This document shows, one piece after another, positions 36,669 through 46,347 of a stretch of 58,253 nucleotides of DNA. The notes below the pieces were generated by a model. The model was not told where the DNA came from. It saw nothing but the letters and a program-made list of their open reading frames with translations, and ran no database searches. The first letter of the stretch is position 1, and the number at the start of each line of letters is the position of its first letter. The position numbers and the translations under genes were made by a program. Source of the stretch: a virus (Duplodnaviria > Caudoviricetes); the IMG/VR virus record IMGVR_UViG_3300022723_000216, positions 1 through 58,253 of that record. One strand, 5' to 3'.

Positions 36669-37996
36669 GTGGCAACCTCCTGGTGGACTAGCTCAGCCTT
36701 GCCGCCGGTGAACTTCTCCCACCGCTCGACGATCACGTCGCAGTACAGCGGGTCAAGCTCCATCACGAACGATCGCCGGCTGGTCTGCTCGGCGCCCATC
36801 AGCGTGCTGCCGCTGCCGCCGAACAGGTCGAGCACGTTCTCGCCCGGCTGCGACGAATAGCGCATGGCCCGGGCAGCGAGCTCCACCGGCTTCTCGGTCA
36901 GGTGGACCATCGATTGCGGGTTGACCTTCTTGACGCTCCACACGTCGACCGCGTTGTTCGGGCCGTAGAACTGGTGTGCCGATCCGAGGCGCCAGCCGTA
37001 GAAGCACCACTCGTGGTTGCCCAAGAAGTCCTTCCGCGTCAACACCGGGTGCTCTTTGACCCAGATGATGGCCTGCGAAAAGTAGAGCTCGCACGCCTTC
37101 AGGGCGGGCGGGTACTTGGCGCAGTTGGCATATCCGCCCCAGACGTAAAACCCACGTCCGGGCTCGAGCACCCGGGCGATATTGCCGAACCAGGCGTCCA
37201 GCAGTTCGTCAAACGCCTCGTCGCTGACAAAGTCGTTCTCGAGGGGCCGGTCCTTGGCCCGCATTTTTTTTCCGGTCGGCTTCGATTTGCCGGGATGACG
37301 CGCGAGATCGAGCGATTGGTGGTGCTTTGGCCCTTGGAACGAGCTCAAGCCTGCGGCGATCGCGTTGTTGCTCCGCGGCTCAACCTTCACGTTGTACGGC
37401 GGGTCGGTGTTGACCAGGTGGATCACTGCCCCGTCCAGCAGCCGGTCCAGGTGCTCTGGGTTGGCCGAGTCGCCGCACAGCAGGCGGTGGTCGCCGAGGA
37501 TCCACAGGTCGCCCGGCTTGGTGGTGGCCTCGCCGGGCAGGGCCGGAGCCTGGTCTTCGACGATCTCCCCGTTGTTGGCGGCCCGTCCGGCTATGCCGGC
37601 GGACTCGGCTAGCGACGCGAGCATGCCCTGCAGCGCTTCGCTATCCGTCTCGATCTGCCGCAGCAGCGTGTCGAGCTTCTCCGGGTCGGTGCCGGCCATC
37701 GCCGCGAGCGGGTCGACCGTCGCCAGCAGCTTGGCTGCCTCGGCCTCGTCGACGTCCAACACGAGCACCGGCCACTCCGTGTCGGGGGCGACGTCGGCCC
37801 GCAGGTGGCCGTCGATCAGATGTAACCCCTCCGGTGTCTCCCGTACCAGGAGCGCGTCGGCGATGCCGACCTCGGCCAGGATCCCGCGCAAGGCGTTTTG
37901 CTGGTCCTTCGAATGCGTCCGCCAGTTGCCCGGGTTGGGCAAAATCTCGCTCGCCTTCACGCGGCGAAGCTCTTTGATCCGATCTCGAATTGCCAT
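36665..37996 (-). CDS. ParB-N domain / N4-N6 DNA methyltransferase fusion
   Basis: PNPGNWRTH...LIDGHLR; TDPPY; HLTEKPV; VLDLFGGSGST. Confidence 0.93.
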   Translation of the reverse strand: MAIRDRIKELRRVKASEILPNPGNWRTHSKDQQNALRGILAEVGIADALLVRETPEGLHLIDGHLRADVAPDTEWPVLVLDVDEAEAAKLLATVDPLAAMAGTDPEKLDTLLRQIETDSEALQGMLASLAESAGIAGRAANNGEIVEDQAPALPGEATTKPGDLWILGDHRLLCGDSANPEHLDRLLDGAVIHLVNTDPPYNVKVEPRSNNAIAAGLSSFQGPKHHQSLDLARHPGKSKPTGKKMRAKDRPLENDFVSDEAFDELLDAWFGNIARVLEPGRGFYVWGGYANCAKYPPALKACELYFSQAIIWVKEHPVLTRKDFLGNHEWCFYGWRLGSAHQFYGPNNAVDVWSVKKVNPQSMVHLTEKPVELAARAMRYSSQPGENVLDLFGGSGSTLMGAEQTSRRSFVMELDPLYCDVIVERWEKFTGGKAELVHQEVAT

Positions 37997-38170
37997 GCGA
38001 ACTTGCGCTCCTCATTTCAGGACGGACGGACTGTAGGTGTGGGGCGCGTGGCGGGGGTGGGAAACCATTTCTCGCCTGGCCCAGAAAGTACCTACCCAGT
38101 TTCCCAGCCTTAACATGTTAAGATGCGCTGCCACTTTGGCAGGCCTCAGGGCGACCACATCGACCCACCT

Positions 38171-38464
38171 TCACGTGGTTACCTCAAAGAAATGTCTCGC
38201 TGCCGCCTGCCCGTCGCCGGTTGCCCACCAGCGGTAGCGCCAGAAGCCCGCGGCGTCCGCGTCGACGTAGGCCACGTACGTGCCAGTCGACTCTTTGATG
38301 ATCTCCGCGTCGGTGCCGTAGACGTAGTCGATGGGGTCGGCCCCGCTCGGTGGCTCGATGGTGAGCCGCACGACCTCCGGGTCGTAGACGCCACCCAGGT
38401 CGGAGTCGGTGAACACGGCACGCAGGCGTGGCCTGCTGCCAAGCGGTCGCCGGTTGTAGGTCAT
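38171..38464 (-). CDS. Small beta-rich structural-like protein
   Basis: 97 aa; GTYVAYVD...GFWRYRW. Confidence 0.65.
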   Translation of the reverse strand: MTYNRRPLGSRPRLRAVFTDSDLGGVYDPEVVRLTIEPPSGADPIDYVYGTDAEIIKESTGTYVAYVDADAAGFWRYRWWATGDGQAAARHFFEVTT

Positions 38465-38478
38465 GGTCTGGCCCTCCG

Positions 38479-39114
38479 TTAGGCGCAGAGCTCATCGCTA
38501 ATGGCCACCGTGCACGGCAGCTCGTCACTGATGGTCACACACCCTCGTCGCTTATAGGTCACGAGATACTTCGGGCGCGATGCCGCCGTGGCGCTTTCGT
38601 ACGAGTGCAGGTTCACGAATTGGTCCACGCCGGTTGCCTCCGGTCCCCGTAGTCGCAGCTCGAGAAGTCCCTCGCGTTCGGCGATGGCGTCGACGTGCAG
38701 GGCGAGCAGGTTGGCGAAGGTAAGCGTGGCGCTGGCGTTGGTGATCGTGGCCTGGTCCCCATCGACAGCCGTGTAGTCGCCACCCTGGGTGCCCCAGGGG
38801 TTCGTGCCGTCGTACGTCTGCCACGTCGCCGTGGCTGGCACCCATAGGGGCTGGGTGATGCGTTCGGCGTAGAACGTCGATGAGGCCGGCAGGGTGGCCG
38901 TCATGCGGCGCGTGAGCACCAGGGAGGCTGCTACGACCTCGATGCCCGTGGGAAGTGACGTCAGATCGACCCGCACGGCCGCGCGCGAGGCCTTGTCGAC
39001 GCTTAAGGCGCGCACGTTGCCGACCACCAGCGTATCGGTGCTGCCCGCGGGGCTGGTGGGCGCGCCCTCGTAGAGCGAGCAGTCGAGCGTCGGGTTGATG
39101 GTGGTGGTGGGCAT
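38479..39114 (-). CDS. DNRLRE-like carbohydrate-binding/virion domain protein
   Basis: DLTSLP...A.L.L...W...TATW...W...GGD...S.E....RP.Y.VTY pattern. Confidence 0.7.
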   Translation of the reverse strand: MPTTTINPTLDCSLYEGAPTSPAGSTDTLVVGNVRALSVDKASRAAVRVDLTSLPTGIEVVAASLVLTRRMTATLPASSTFYAERITQPLWVPATATWQTYDGTNPWGTQGGDYTAVDGDQATITNASATLTFANLLALHVDAIAEREGLLELRLRGPEATGVDQFVNLHSYESATAASRPKYLVTYKRRGCVTISDELPCTVAISDELCA

Positions 39115-39145
39115 TTGGTCGCTTGGGTCCGCTTTGAGCGTTGCC

Positions 39146-39619
39146 TCACAGAATCCGCAGCATGATGGCCGGCGGATATTCTTCGATCGGCGTCCCGCCG
39201 CCCTCGAGGGCCGTCACGATCACCGGTTTGACGAACTTGTTGTTCTTGCAGTCAATTTCGACCGGCGGCGTGTACGAGTTGCCCCGCAGGTCCTGGGGGT
39301 CAGTCTCGACCGTGGCCGTGAGCGTCCACTCGCCGGTCCCGTCTTCGTCGAGAAGCTGGTAGGGCACGCCGGCGTCGGTAAGTCCGTACAGTCGCACGAC
39401 GACGTCGGTTGTCACGGGCACGGCCGTCTTGTAGCGGAGGTTCATCTGCACGCCGGTGCCGTTGCCGTCGAGGGCGCACGCCTCGCGATCGATGGCCTCC
39501 GGCTGCTTGTAGTTCCCATCCGCCGTGTGGACGGTCGTGCAGGCCGCCACCGCCTCGCTGGGGATGGTCACCGGGCTGAACTGGTAGCCGAAGTGCTTGT
39601 TCGTCAAGGGGATCGTCAT
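39146..39619 (-). CDS. Hypothetical protein
   Basis: 157 aa; AGGAG RBS. Confidence 0.65.
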   Translation of the reverse strand: MTIPLTNKHFGYQFSPVTIPSEAVAACTTVHTADGNYKQPEAIDREACALDGNGTGVQMNLRYKTAVPVTTDVVVRLYGLTDAGVPYQLLDEDGTGEWTLTATVETDPQDLRGNSYTPPVEIDCKNNKFVKPVIVTALEGGGTPIEEYPPAIMLRIL

Positions 39620-39640
39620 CGCATAGCTCCTGGAAAGGCC

Positions 39641-42493
39641 TTAGTACACGCCCAGGTCCGCCAACTGCTGGTGCACGGTGGGTCCGAAGGCGGCCGGTGA
39701 AAAGATCATGTTCTTCATGGCGAAGTCGCCGCCAAAGGCGTCGGTGGACGGCGCGGTCAGCGCCGCCCCGAAGCTGGGCGGGCGGCCGGAAGCCCCGGCG
39801 GCCAGGTTGGTGATGTTGCCGGTGCTGTCGGCGGTCGACAGCGAGGCCGGCGGCGTGAGACCGGTGCCATAAGCTCCGTAGTAGCAGCGCACCTTTTGGC
39901 CGTCCCCGCCGCCGTCAAAGCCCAGGTAGTGCGGCACGCCGTCGGCGGCGAAGCCGACGGGGAAGGCGTTGTGGCTCAACACCGTGCCGGCCGAGGAGAT
40001 CAGCAACAGCCACACGCCGCCGCCGCCCGATTGCAGGTAAATCCAGGTGCCCACGCCCGAGCTGGTGTCCTTGTTGATAAAGATCATCGTGCTGGAGGCC
40101 AGCGAGTAGGTGGCCACGATCATCGACACGCCAAACACGCCGGTTTCGTGCAGGTAGTCGGCAAAGTCGTCCAGCGTGGCCGCGTCGTCTTCGTCCCAGG
40201 CGGCCAGGTACGCCGTCGTGGTTCCGCCGCTGATCCGCGGCAGGCGCAGCATGGGCCCGCAGTAGTCGCTGACGATCACGCGGTTGGGGCGGTGGCTGTA
40301 GCTGCGCCACAGTTTCTTGGCCGTGCTGTCGCGCAGGCAGCCCACGCCCTGATTGTGGTGCGGCGGGATGTAGCCGTGGTCGAACCCGCCCCAGATGTCG
40401 GCCCCCAGCGCGCGGCCGCCGTCGTGGAAGAAGCAGCCCAGACGCAGCGAAATGTTCGCAAGCGCCGCGGCCGTCTCCGCCGGAATACTGGGCAGCACGG
40501 CCTGGTTGCCCAACAGCGTGTCGGGATCGGTCTTGGTGATGCTCGACAGGTCAACCGGGCTGTTGATGGCCTGGCCGATCGTGAACCGCAGGGCCGACAC
40601 GTCGCAGGTCAGTCCCAGTGTGCCGTCGGAGCGGCTGCCCAGCCGGCAGGCCAGCGTACTGGTCACGTAGGACGACAGTGCCGAGGAGGCGGCGGTGGCT
40701 TCGGTAAACACGTTTTCGCCGGCCCCGCCCACATTGGAAACCCACACCCGCAGGCCGCCGGCGTAGTCCTGGGAGGCCCACAGCGTGTGCCACAGGCCGT
40801 CATTGAGGTTGTAGGCGGCGTCCGAAAGGATCACCGTCCGCGAGTAGGTGGCGTCGCTCAGCGAGACCGAGAAGTTGTGCGTGGCCAGCTTGGAGATCGA
40901 CCAGCCGCGGCCGGTGCCGTTACGGTTGTCGATCAGGTAGCGGACCGCCACCGTGGTATCGCTGGTGCGAAAGCGGAGGCCGCAGGTCACGTCCTGGGTG
41001 CCCAGCTGAAACGGGCCGCCGTAGGGCTCGCCGGTGCCGCTTTGCAGGGGCTCGATGAGCAGGCCGGCATTGCTGCCGCCGGCAAAGTGCACGTAGCCGT
41101 CGCCCCATTCGGCCGTGTTGCCGCTGCCGGGGATGTGCACGCCGTGCGTGCCGTGGTCGCGGATCGGGCAGCCCTGCCGGCTGACCAGGCCGGTGGTGGC
41201 TTCGTTGAACGGGTACTCGATCACGATCGGATGCGTGGCGGGCTTTTGCAGCCAGGTCTTGTTGAACCGCTTGAGCTCCAGGTATTCCAGCCCGATCGAG
41301 TTGTCTTGCGGCTGGTTGCGGGCGTGCTCGCAGACCACCACCAGGTCCTCGCCGCCGGGGCTGATGATGCTCGAGTAGCCGCCCCACCCCAGCTGAATCG
41401 GCCGCCAGGTGGGAAAGGTCGGGTTCGGGTTGCCGGCCTTGGCGTCGCTGCTCAGGAGGCAGGAAATGCGTCCCCGCAGGGGGCTCACCGCCGTCATCGG
41501 CCCGGTCCAGAACACGTCGCCGTTGGCCGTCGAACAGACCGAGCCGCAACAGTTGTAGCTGTTGACGGGGTTTGTGCCGTCGAACGTCATGTCGTAGCCG
41601 GTAAACGGGTTGTCGGCGTCGGTCACGTCGGAAATCACCGCGTGCCGGCGACCGGTGCCGCTGTTGATGCGGCTGTTGATGTACAACAGGCCCGTGCTGC
41701 CGATCTCGCAGAGGTCGGTCTCGTTGGTGTTGTCGTTGTCGCTTTCGGCCGGGTCGAACTGCGCTCCCAGGGCCCAGGTACTGCCGCCGTCGGCCGAATA
41801 GATCACGCCGGCATAGCTGGTGCTGCCGATCACGGCGCGGCGGTCGAAGGGAGCCACCAGAGTGCCGGCCTGCGCCCCGCCTTGCAGACGGATAATGCGG
41901 CCCGGTCCAAAAATGAACCAGGGCCATTCGTCGGGATTGATGCTGGCGTTGAGGTCCACCGGCGTTTCGAGGCCCGAGGCAAACGTCAGGTCGTCGGTGT
42001 AGGCATAGAACGGGTTGGTGATGGTGGCCACGATGCCGCCCGTGCCGCCGTTCTCGTCTTCCAGCGTGGAATACAGCAGGTGCAGGCGTCCGTCGTGGAC
42101 GCCGGCTGCGCCGAGGGCGACCCACTTCACGCCCGAGGAGTATTCCGGATAGTCGTACAGCAGTTGCGGGCTGTCCCAGGTCCGGCCGCCGTCGCTCGAG
42201 AGGGCTCCATAGAAGGCCTGGATCTGGTAGTCGAGCGTGCCGGTTTGGGTTTGCCAGACGGCCCCCAGCGTGCGTCCGGCGATGGGGAAGATGATCGGCG
42301 AGCGTTGCCGAAACGTCTGCCAGTAGTCGGCTTCGGCCAGGCCTTGATGGGCCGTGTTGGCATGCGCAAAGGGCATCCACGGACCGCGGCCGCGAATGCC
42401 CGTCTCGAAGTAAGCTTGCTCCGAGCGGGAGCGCCCGGTGAGGTCGAGCGCCGGACGCCGCTGTGCCCTGAACTGCCGATTGCGCGTGATCAT
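39641..42493 (-). CDS. Sialidase-like BNR beta-propeller plus LamG/ConA-like domains
   Basis: Asp-boxes SSDGGRTW and SADGGSTW; GPGRIIRL, NETDLCE, GGYSS; LNDGLWH LamG-like motif. Confidence 0.8.
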   Translation of the reverse strand: MITRNRQFRAQRRPALDLTGRSRSEQAYFETGIRGRGPWMPFAHANTAHQGLAEADYWQTFRQRSPIIFPIAGRTLGAVWQTQTGTLDYQIQAFYGALSSDGGRTWDSPQLLYDYPEYSSGVKWVALGAAGVHDGRLHLLYSTLEDENGGTGGIVATITNPFYAYTDDLTFASGLETPVDLNASINPDEWPWFIFGPGRIIRLQGGAQAGTLVAPFDRRAVIGSTSYAGVIYSADGGSTWALGAQFDPAESDNDNTNETDLCEIGSTGLLYINSRINSGTGRRHAVISDVTDADNPFTGYDMTFDGTNPVNSYNCCGSVCSTANGDVFWTGPMTAVSPLRGRISCLLSSDAKAGNPNPTFPTWRPIQLGWGGYSSIISPGGEDLVVVCEHARNQPQDNSIGLEYLELKRFNKTWLQKPATHPIVIEYPFNEATTGLVSRQGCPIRDHGTHGVHIPGSGNTAEWGDGYVHFAGGSNAGLLIEPLQSGTGEPYGGPFQLGTQDVTCGLRFRTSDTTVAVRYLIDNRNGTGRGWSISKLATHNFSVSLSDATYSRTVILSDAAYNLNDGLWHTLWASQDYAGGLRVWVSNVGGAGENVFTEATAASSALSSYVTSTLACRLGSRSDGTLGLTCDVSALRFTIGQAINSPVDLSSITKTDPDTLLGNQAVLPSIPAETAAALANISLRLGCFFHDGGRALGADIWGGFDHGYIPPHHNQGVGCLRDSTAKKLWRSYSHRPNRVIVSDYCGPMLRLPRISGGTTTAYLAAWDEDDAATLDDFADYLHETGVFGVSMIVATYSLASSTMIFINKDTSSGVGTWIYLQSGGGGVWLLLISSAGTVLSHNAFPVGFAADGVPHYLGFDGGGDGQKVRCYYGAYGTGLTPPASLSTADSTGNITNLAAGASGRPPSFGAALTAPSTDAFGGDFAMKNMIFSPAAFGPTVHQQLADLGVY

Positions 42494-42804
42494 GTGCTCA
42501 GCCAGTGAAAGAGGATGTTGCCCAGGGTTGCCAATACAGACAGGACCGCCGTGCCGAGCGTGCCGAGCAGCAGTTTGCGATCGTCGCGGGCTTCCTTCTT
42601 TTCTTCCGCGTGGTCCTTCTCGGCCTGCTCGAGCAGCGCCAGCCGCACCGTTAGCGGCGGCACGCCGTTGCCGTCCAGGACCTTGACCAGCCGCTCGCTC
42701 AGCTTCTCCAGCTGGCGGATATCCTTGGTCAGCGTGACCACGTCGTTGCTCAAGCGAATGGCCAGTTCAAACACGCGTTCGGCATTGCCCGGATCGGTTG
42801 GCAT
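42490..42804 (-). CDS. Coiled-coil protein with C-terminal TM (holin/hemolysin-like position)
   Basis: LDGNGVPPLTVRLALLEQ followed by a TM helix. Confidence 0.5.
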   Translation of the reverse strand: MPTDPGNAERVFELAIRLSNDVVTLTKDIRQLEKLSERLVKVLDGNGVPPLTVRLALLEQAEKDHAEEKKEARDDRKLLLGTLGTAVLSVLATLGNILFHWLST

Positions 42805-42944
42805 CGTCGCGTCTCCCTTCCAAAGAAAAAGCCGGGCGGCGGGCACCGCAGGTGAGCCCCGAAACAAGTAACCCGCCGTCCGGCCCCGCAGCCCTCGGGG
42901 GGCATTCCCGAGGGCCCGCCTTCATGGCGTTCCACGGTGCCGGA

Positions 42945-43550
42945 TCATTCGCCCTCGGGTTGATCGCCGGCTTCACTGTCCGTGCCGTTGCCCTCGGCAG
43001 CGCCCGTGTCGTCGGGCGCTGTATTGATCGCCGGCTGGCCGTCGTCGTCGGCGGCCTCGCGTTCGGCCAGCGCCTGCACGGCCGGCGCGTCGGGAGCGTC
43101 GGGCGGCACCTGGTCGGTGGCCACGAACTCGTGCGTCGCCTCGGAGGTGTTGCCGGCGTCGTCGATTGCCGTGGTGCGGACCGTGAACGCGGCGTTCTCG
43201 GGCACCTCGAATGCGCCCTGGTTGGCGATGTCGCGGCCCGGATCGAGGCTGTTGGGCGTCAGCGCCTCGCCGCCGCCGTCCACGGTGCGGGTTTGCACCG
43301 GCGGCAGGCCCGCGGGCAGCGCGGCCTCTGCATCGATCGTGAGCACGACCTCGCGCGTGACGACGTCGGCCAACGGGCCGAGCTTGAGTTGGAATTGTTG
43401 GATATCCACGTTCGGGTCTCCTTGTCGTTCGGATAGGGGGATACGTGTGGGTGGTTGCGGCGTCGCGGGCTTGCCGTACTGGCGAACGTAAAACGCCCGC
43501 AGGATGGTGGCGATGTCGGCTAGGTGGTCGGAGATCGCTTGCAGGCTCAT
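42945..43550 (-). CDS. Hypothetical protein with FnIII/Ig-like segment
   Basis: VRTTAIDDAGNTSEA...DQVPPDAP. Confidence 0.55.
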   Translation of the reverse strand: MSLQAISDHLADIATILRAFYVRQYGKPATPQPPTRIPLSERQGDPNVDIQQFQLKLGPLADVVTREVVLTIDAEAALPAGLPPVQTRTVDGGGEALTPNSLDPGRDIANQGAFEVPENAAFTVRTTAIDDAGNTSEATHEFVATDQVPPDAPDAPAVQALAEREAADDDGQPAINTAPDDTGAAEGNGTDSEAGDQPEGE

Positions 43551-43647
43551 CCGTGTTTCTCGTTTCCTTCTTGAAAGAGGCGGCCGGCGGTCGGACGGGC
43601 CTAAGGCCTCGACTGTGCCGCCGACCGCCCGACCCGGCAGCCTGCCT

Positions 43648-44328
43648 CTAGTCGCGCTTAATTCCGATGTCGGTGGCTGTGTCGGTATCCGTGTCCTGGG
43701 GTTGCGTGACCTGCGGCGTGTCGGGCCTCGACACCAGGGATCCGATAAACGCTCCGGTGCTCAGCAGTGCGCCGCCGCTGGCCGCCGCCAAGGCCGCCTG
43801 CAGCCACCACGGCATCTGCGCCCGGGCTGGCTCTGCGACCGCGGCTGGCAAGGGTGCCACCGGCTCGGGTGCTGGCGGCGGTGGTGACGTTGCCGGAGGT
43901 GCCACCGGCTCGGGAGGCGGTGCCGGCTCGGCGGGCTCCGTCGGCGGCGGTTCCTCGGCCGGCGTGGATGCGTTTGGGCTCGGTTCCGACTCCTGCTGCA
44001 CGACCTTACCCTTGAGCATCGACAGCATCTGCTTGAGATCGTCTTGCCCGCCCCCCTGCACATTGATCTCACCCACGACCATGAAGTCTCCCATGTCGTC
44101 CTCACTGTCGGGCGCGACGTCGCTGGGCGACTCGGGATCGAGGCCGTTCGCTGCCCGCATAAAGTCCTGTTGGAACTTGTAGTCGCGCTTCGTGCGGTCA
44201 TTCGCGTCGCGGAGGATTTGGCGGTGGTTCTCGATGCCGACCCCCAGCGCGGCGGCGTACATCACCGGCAGCAGATCGGCGGCGCGCTTGCCGATCTCCA
44301 CGCGCGGACTGTCCTCGGTGGTGCTCAT
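43648..44328 (-). CDS. Pro-rich membrane-anchored hypothetical protein
   Basis: PEP-rich linker, C-terminal TM; GAGG RBS. Confidence 0.6.
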   Translation of the reverse strand: MSTTEDSPRVEIGKRAADLLPVMYAAALGVGIENHRQILRDANDRTKRDYKFQQDFMRAANGLDPESPSDVAPDSEDDMGDFMVVGEINVQGGGQDDLKQMLSMLKGKVVQQESEPSPNASTPAEEPPPTEPAEPAPPPEPVAPPATSPPPPAPEPVAPLPAAVAEPARAQMPWWLQAALAAASGGALLSTGAFIGSLVSRPDTPQVTQPQDTDTDTATDIGIKRD

Positions 44329-44472
44329 ACGGTCACCTCGCCGATCAGTTCGGCCGCCTTCTTGCTGGCGGCATCGCTGATCTCGGCGTGCCGCTCGCGG
44401 GCCGCTTCGGCTGTGTACGACGCGGCCTGCATGCCCACGTGCAGCACTCCGATCATCATGACTTCGCACGCC

Positions 44473-44739
44473 TTACGAGCTTCCTGGCTGAGGCGTGTCC
44501 CCAGGATCGCTTCCAGTTGCTGAATCAGTCCCGCTGGCTGCGGGCTGTTCTGCTGCGCTGGGTTCTTCGTACCCGAGCTCACGGTAAATCTCCTCTAAGT
44601 CGGCATCCATGGTCTTTTCGATGTGGGCCAGGAACGCCTCGGGGCCGCGGGCGAAAGCCAGTCCGGATGCGAATGCGCGTTTGTCGGCCTCCGCAATCCG
44701 GGACCTGGCTTCTGCCGCGTAGGCTGCTGGGTCAAGCAT
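44473..44739 (-). CDS. Hypothetical protein
   Basis: 88 aa; GAAGG RBS. Confidence 0.5.
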   Translation of the reverse strand: MLDPAAYAAEARSRIAEADKRAFASGLAFARGPEAFLAHIEKTMDADLEEIYRELGYEEPSAAEQPAASGTDSATGSDPGDTPQPGSS

Positions 44740-44749
44740 GGGTCACCTT

Positions 44750-45007
44750 CTAGGTGCCGGTACCGACGCCGGTCTCCGACGGGTTGTTGGTCTCGGCGCG
44801 GGTGCGGCCCGAACCGCTTTCGATCGCGGTGCGGTAGCCCAAGCCCGAGCTGATCGTCGGCGACGTCAGCTGAGCGGCCCACATCGAGGCCGAGTCGCCG
44901 GCCAGCTGGTCGAAGCGACCGGTGCGCCGGGCGCCAGCGGCGCCGAACTCACCAGCCATCGTCGACATCACGGAGGACAGAACGCCTCCATCGACTGCTG
45001 ATTCCAT
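44750..45007 (-). CDS. Small Gly/Ser/Ala-rich hypothetical protein
   Basis: 85 aa; GAGGTG RBS. Confidence 0.6.
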   Translation of the reverse strand: MESAVDGGVLSSVMSTMAGEFGAAGARRTGRFDQLAGDSASMWAAQLTSPTISSGLGYRTAIESGSGRTRAETNNPSETGVGTGT

Positions 45008-45072
45008 CACTCACCTCACTTCGTTAGAAACGTCGGCACCGCTTGGATCTCCGGGGGCGCCGTGGCCGGGTC

Positions 45073-46347
45073 TTACTTCACCTTGAGTTTGCTGATGTCC
45101 AGCGGCAGCGTGTCTCCGAGCTTCACTTCGATGCCGTCGATGAACGCCGAGGGCACGGCGTCGGCGTCCCATAGCTCGAAACGCCAGGGGGCGAGATGCG
45201 GCTGGATCTGCGCGGCCAGGGCTGGGTAGTCGGCGGGTTGCTCGAGCGCGGCGATGCGTCCGACCAGCGCGTGAAGCTCGGCCTTGAGCTGCGCCAGGTC
45301 GCCGTGGGACGCGGCGAGCTGCGTCTCCAAGATCGTGATCCGCCCGCGCAATTCGCACACCAGACGCGCATCGCACCCGCAGCACTCGCCGCCACAGCCC
45401 GGCTTGGCGGGACCGGTGGGTGTGGTCGTGGGAGGCGCTGTCGTGGGAGGCGCTGTCGTGGGGGGCGGCACTGTCGATGGCCGCGGCGTCGCTGGCGTTA
45501 GATGGGGCGTGGGCGACCGCGGCGGCATCGGCGCGACCGTGTCGCAGTCGCTGCGCCGCGCCGGATTCATGCGCGGAGCATTGCGAAACTGGCCGGCCAC
45601 CAGCGTCGTCGGCTGGCTCCCCTCGAAGACCCAGCGGTTCCAAGCGGTCTGGAGCGCGCGCACGTTCTTAAAGCCGTAGTATTCGTGCGTGGCGCGGTTC
45701 CAGTCGTCGTCGCCCAGCCCGTCGGCCAGGAACGCCACGAAGTGCCGCTTGCCGCCGCGGTCGACCAGGTACGCGACCAGCGAGTGTCCCTGGGCGTACA
45801 GCGGCAGGACGTCGTGTGGATACTCCCGCATGCCGAACATCCGCTCAAAGCTGATGCCGCGCCCGGTTTGCAAACACTGAACCAACGTGCGCTGCATGCC
45901 GGCGCGCACCGCCGGGCCTTCGACCAGTGTGGCGGCGCCCTCATCGGCCCAGCGTGGCAGCGGGCGGCGGAAGTGCGTGGCCAGGACGGTGTGCAGCACT
46001 TCGTGGGGCAAAGACGAGGCCAGCAGCGTCTCGAGCGCAGCGGCCTGGATGTACATCCGCCAGCCGTACACCTGGCCGCCGGAAAACTCGAACTGCGTCG
46101 CGCCGCCCGAGCCCAGGTTGTCGGCGATCGCGGCGCGGATCGGGCAGGGCTGTTGCCAGGCCGGGAACTCAGCACCGATCCATTCCTGGGACAACTCACG
46201 ACGGAACCGCTCGGCGTGGTCGCCGATCTGGCGCGCTGCGGGGGCGGTCGGCGCCTCGACGACGAAGTTGGCCGTACGGTAGCTGGCGCCGCCAGCGGGC
46301 CGGATGCCGAGCAGCAGGACGACGGCCATGATCGCGGCACGTTTCAT
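45073..46347 (-). CDS. Secreted gluzincin metallopeptidase (peptidase MA-like)
   Basis: Signal peptide; LPHEVLH...PRWADEGAA; Pro/Thr linker and coiled coil. Confidence 0.85.
   Translation of the reverse strand: MKRAAIMAVVLLLGIRPAGGASYRTANFVVEAPTAPAARQIGDHAERFRRELSQEWIGAEFPAWQQPCPIRAAIADNLGSGGATQFEFSGGQVYGWRMYIQAAALETLLASSLPHEVLHTVLATHFRRPLPRWADEGAATLVEGPAVRAGMQRTLVQCLQTGRGISFERMFGMREYPHDVLPLYAQGHSLVAYLVDRGGKRHFVAFLADGLGDDDWNRATHEYYGFKNVRALQTAWNRWVFEGSQPTTLVAGQFRNAPRMNPARRSDCDTVAPMPPRSPTPHLTPATPRPSTVPPPTTAPPTTAPPTTTPTGPAKPGCGGECCGCDARLVCELRGRITILETQLAASHGDLAQLKAELHALVGRIAALEQPADYPALAAQIQPHLAPWRFELWDADAVPSAFIDGIEVKLGDTLPLDISKLKVK

Noticed and set aside
39896-42508. Long + strand ORFs antisense to real genes (870 aa here; also 51808-53025 and 53108-55039 on -)
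   Set aside because: Shadow ORFs of high-GC coding sequence with no motifs.
44750-45007. Small G/S/A-rich protein as an R-body (Reb) subunit
   Set aside because: Only compositional resemblance, with no recognisable motif or paralog cluster.
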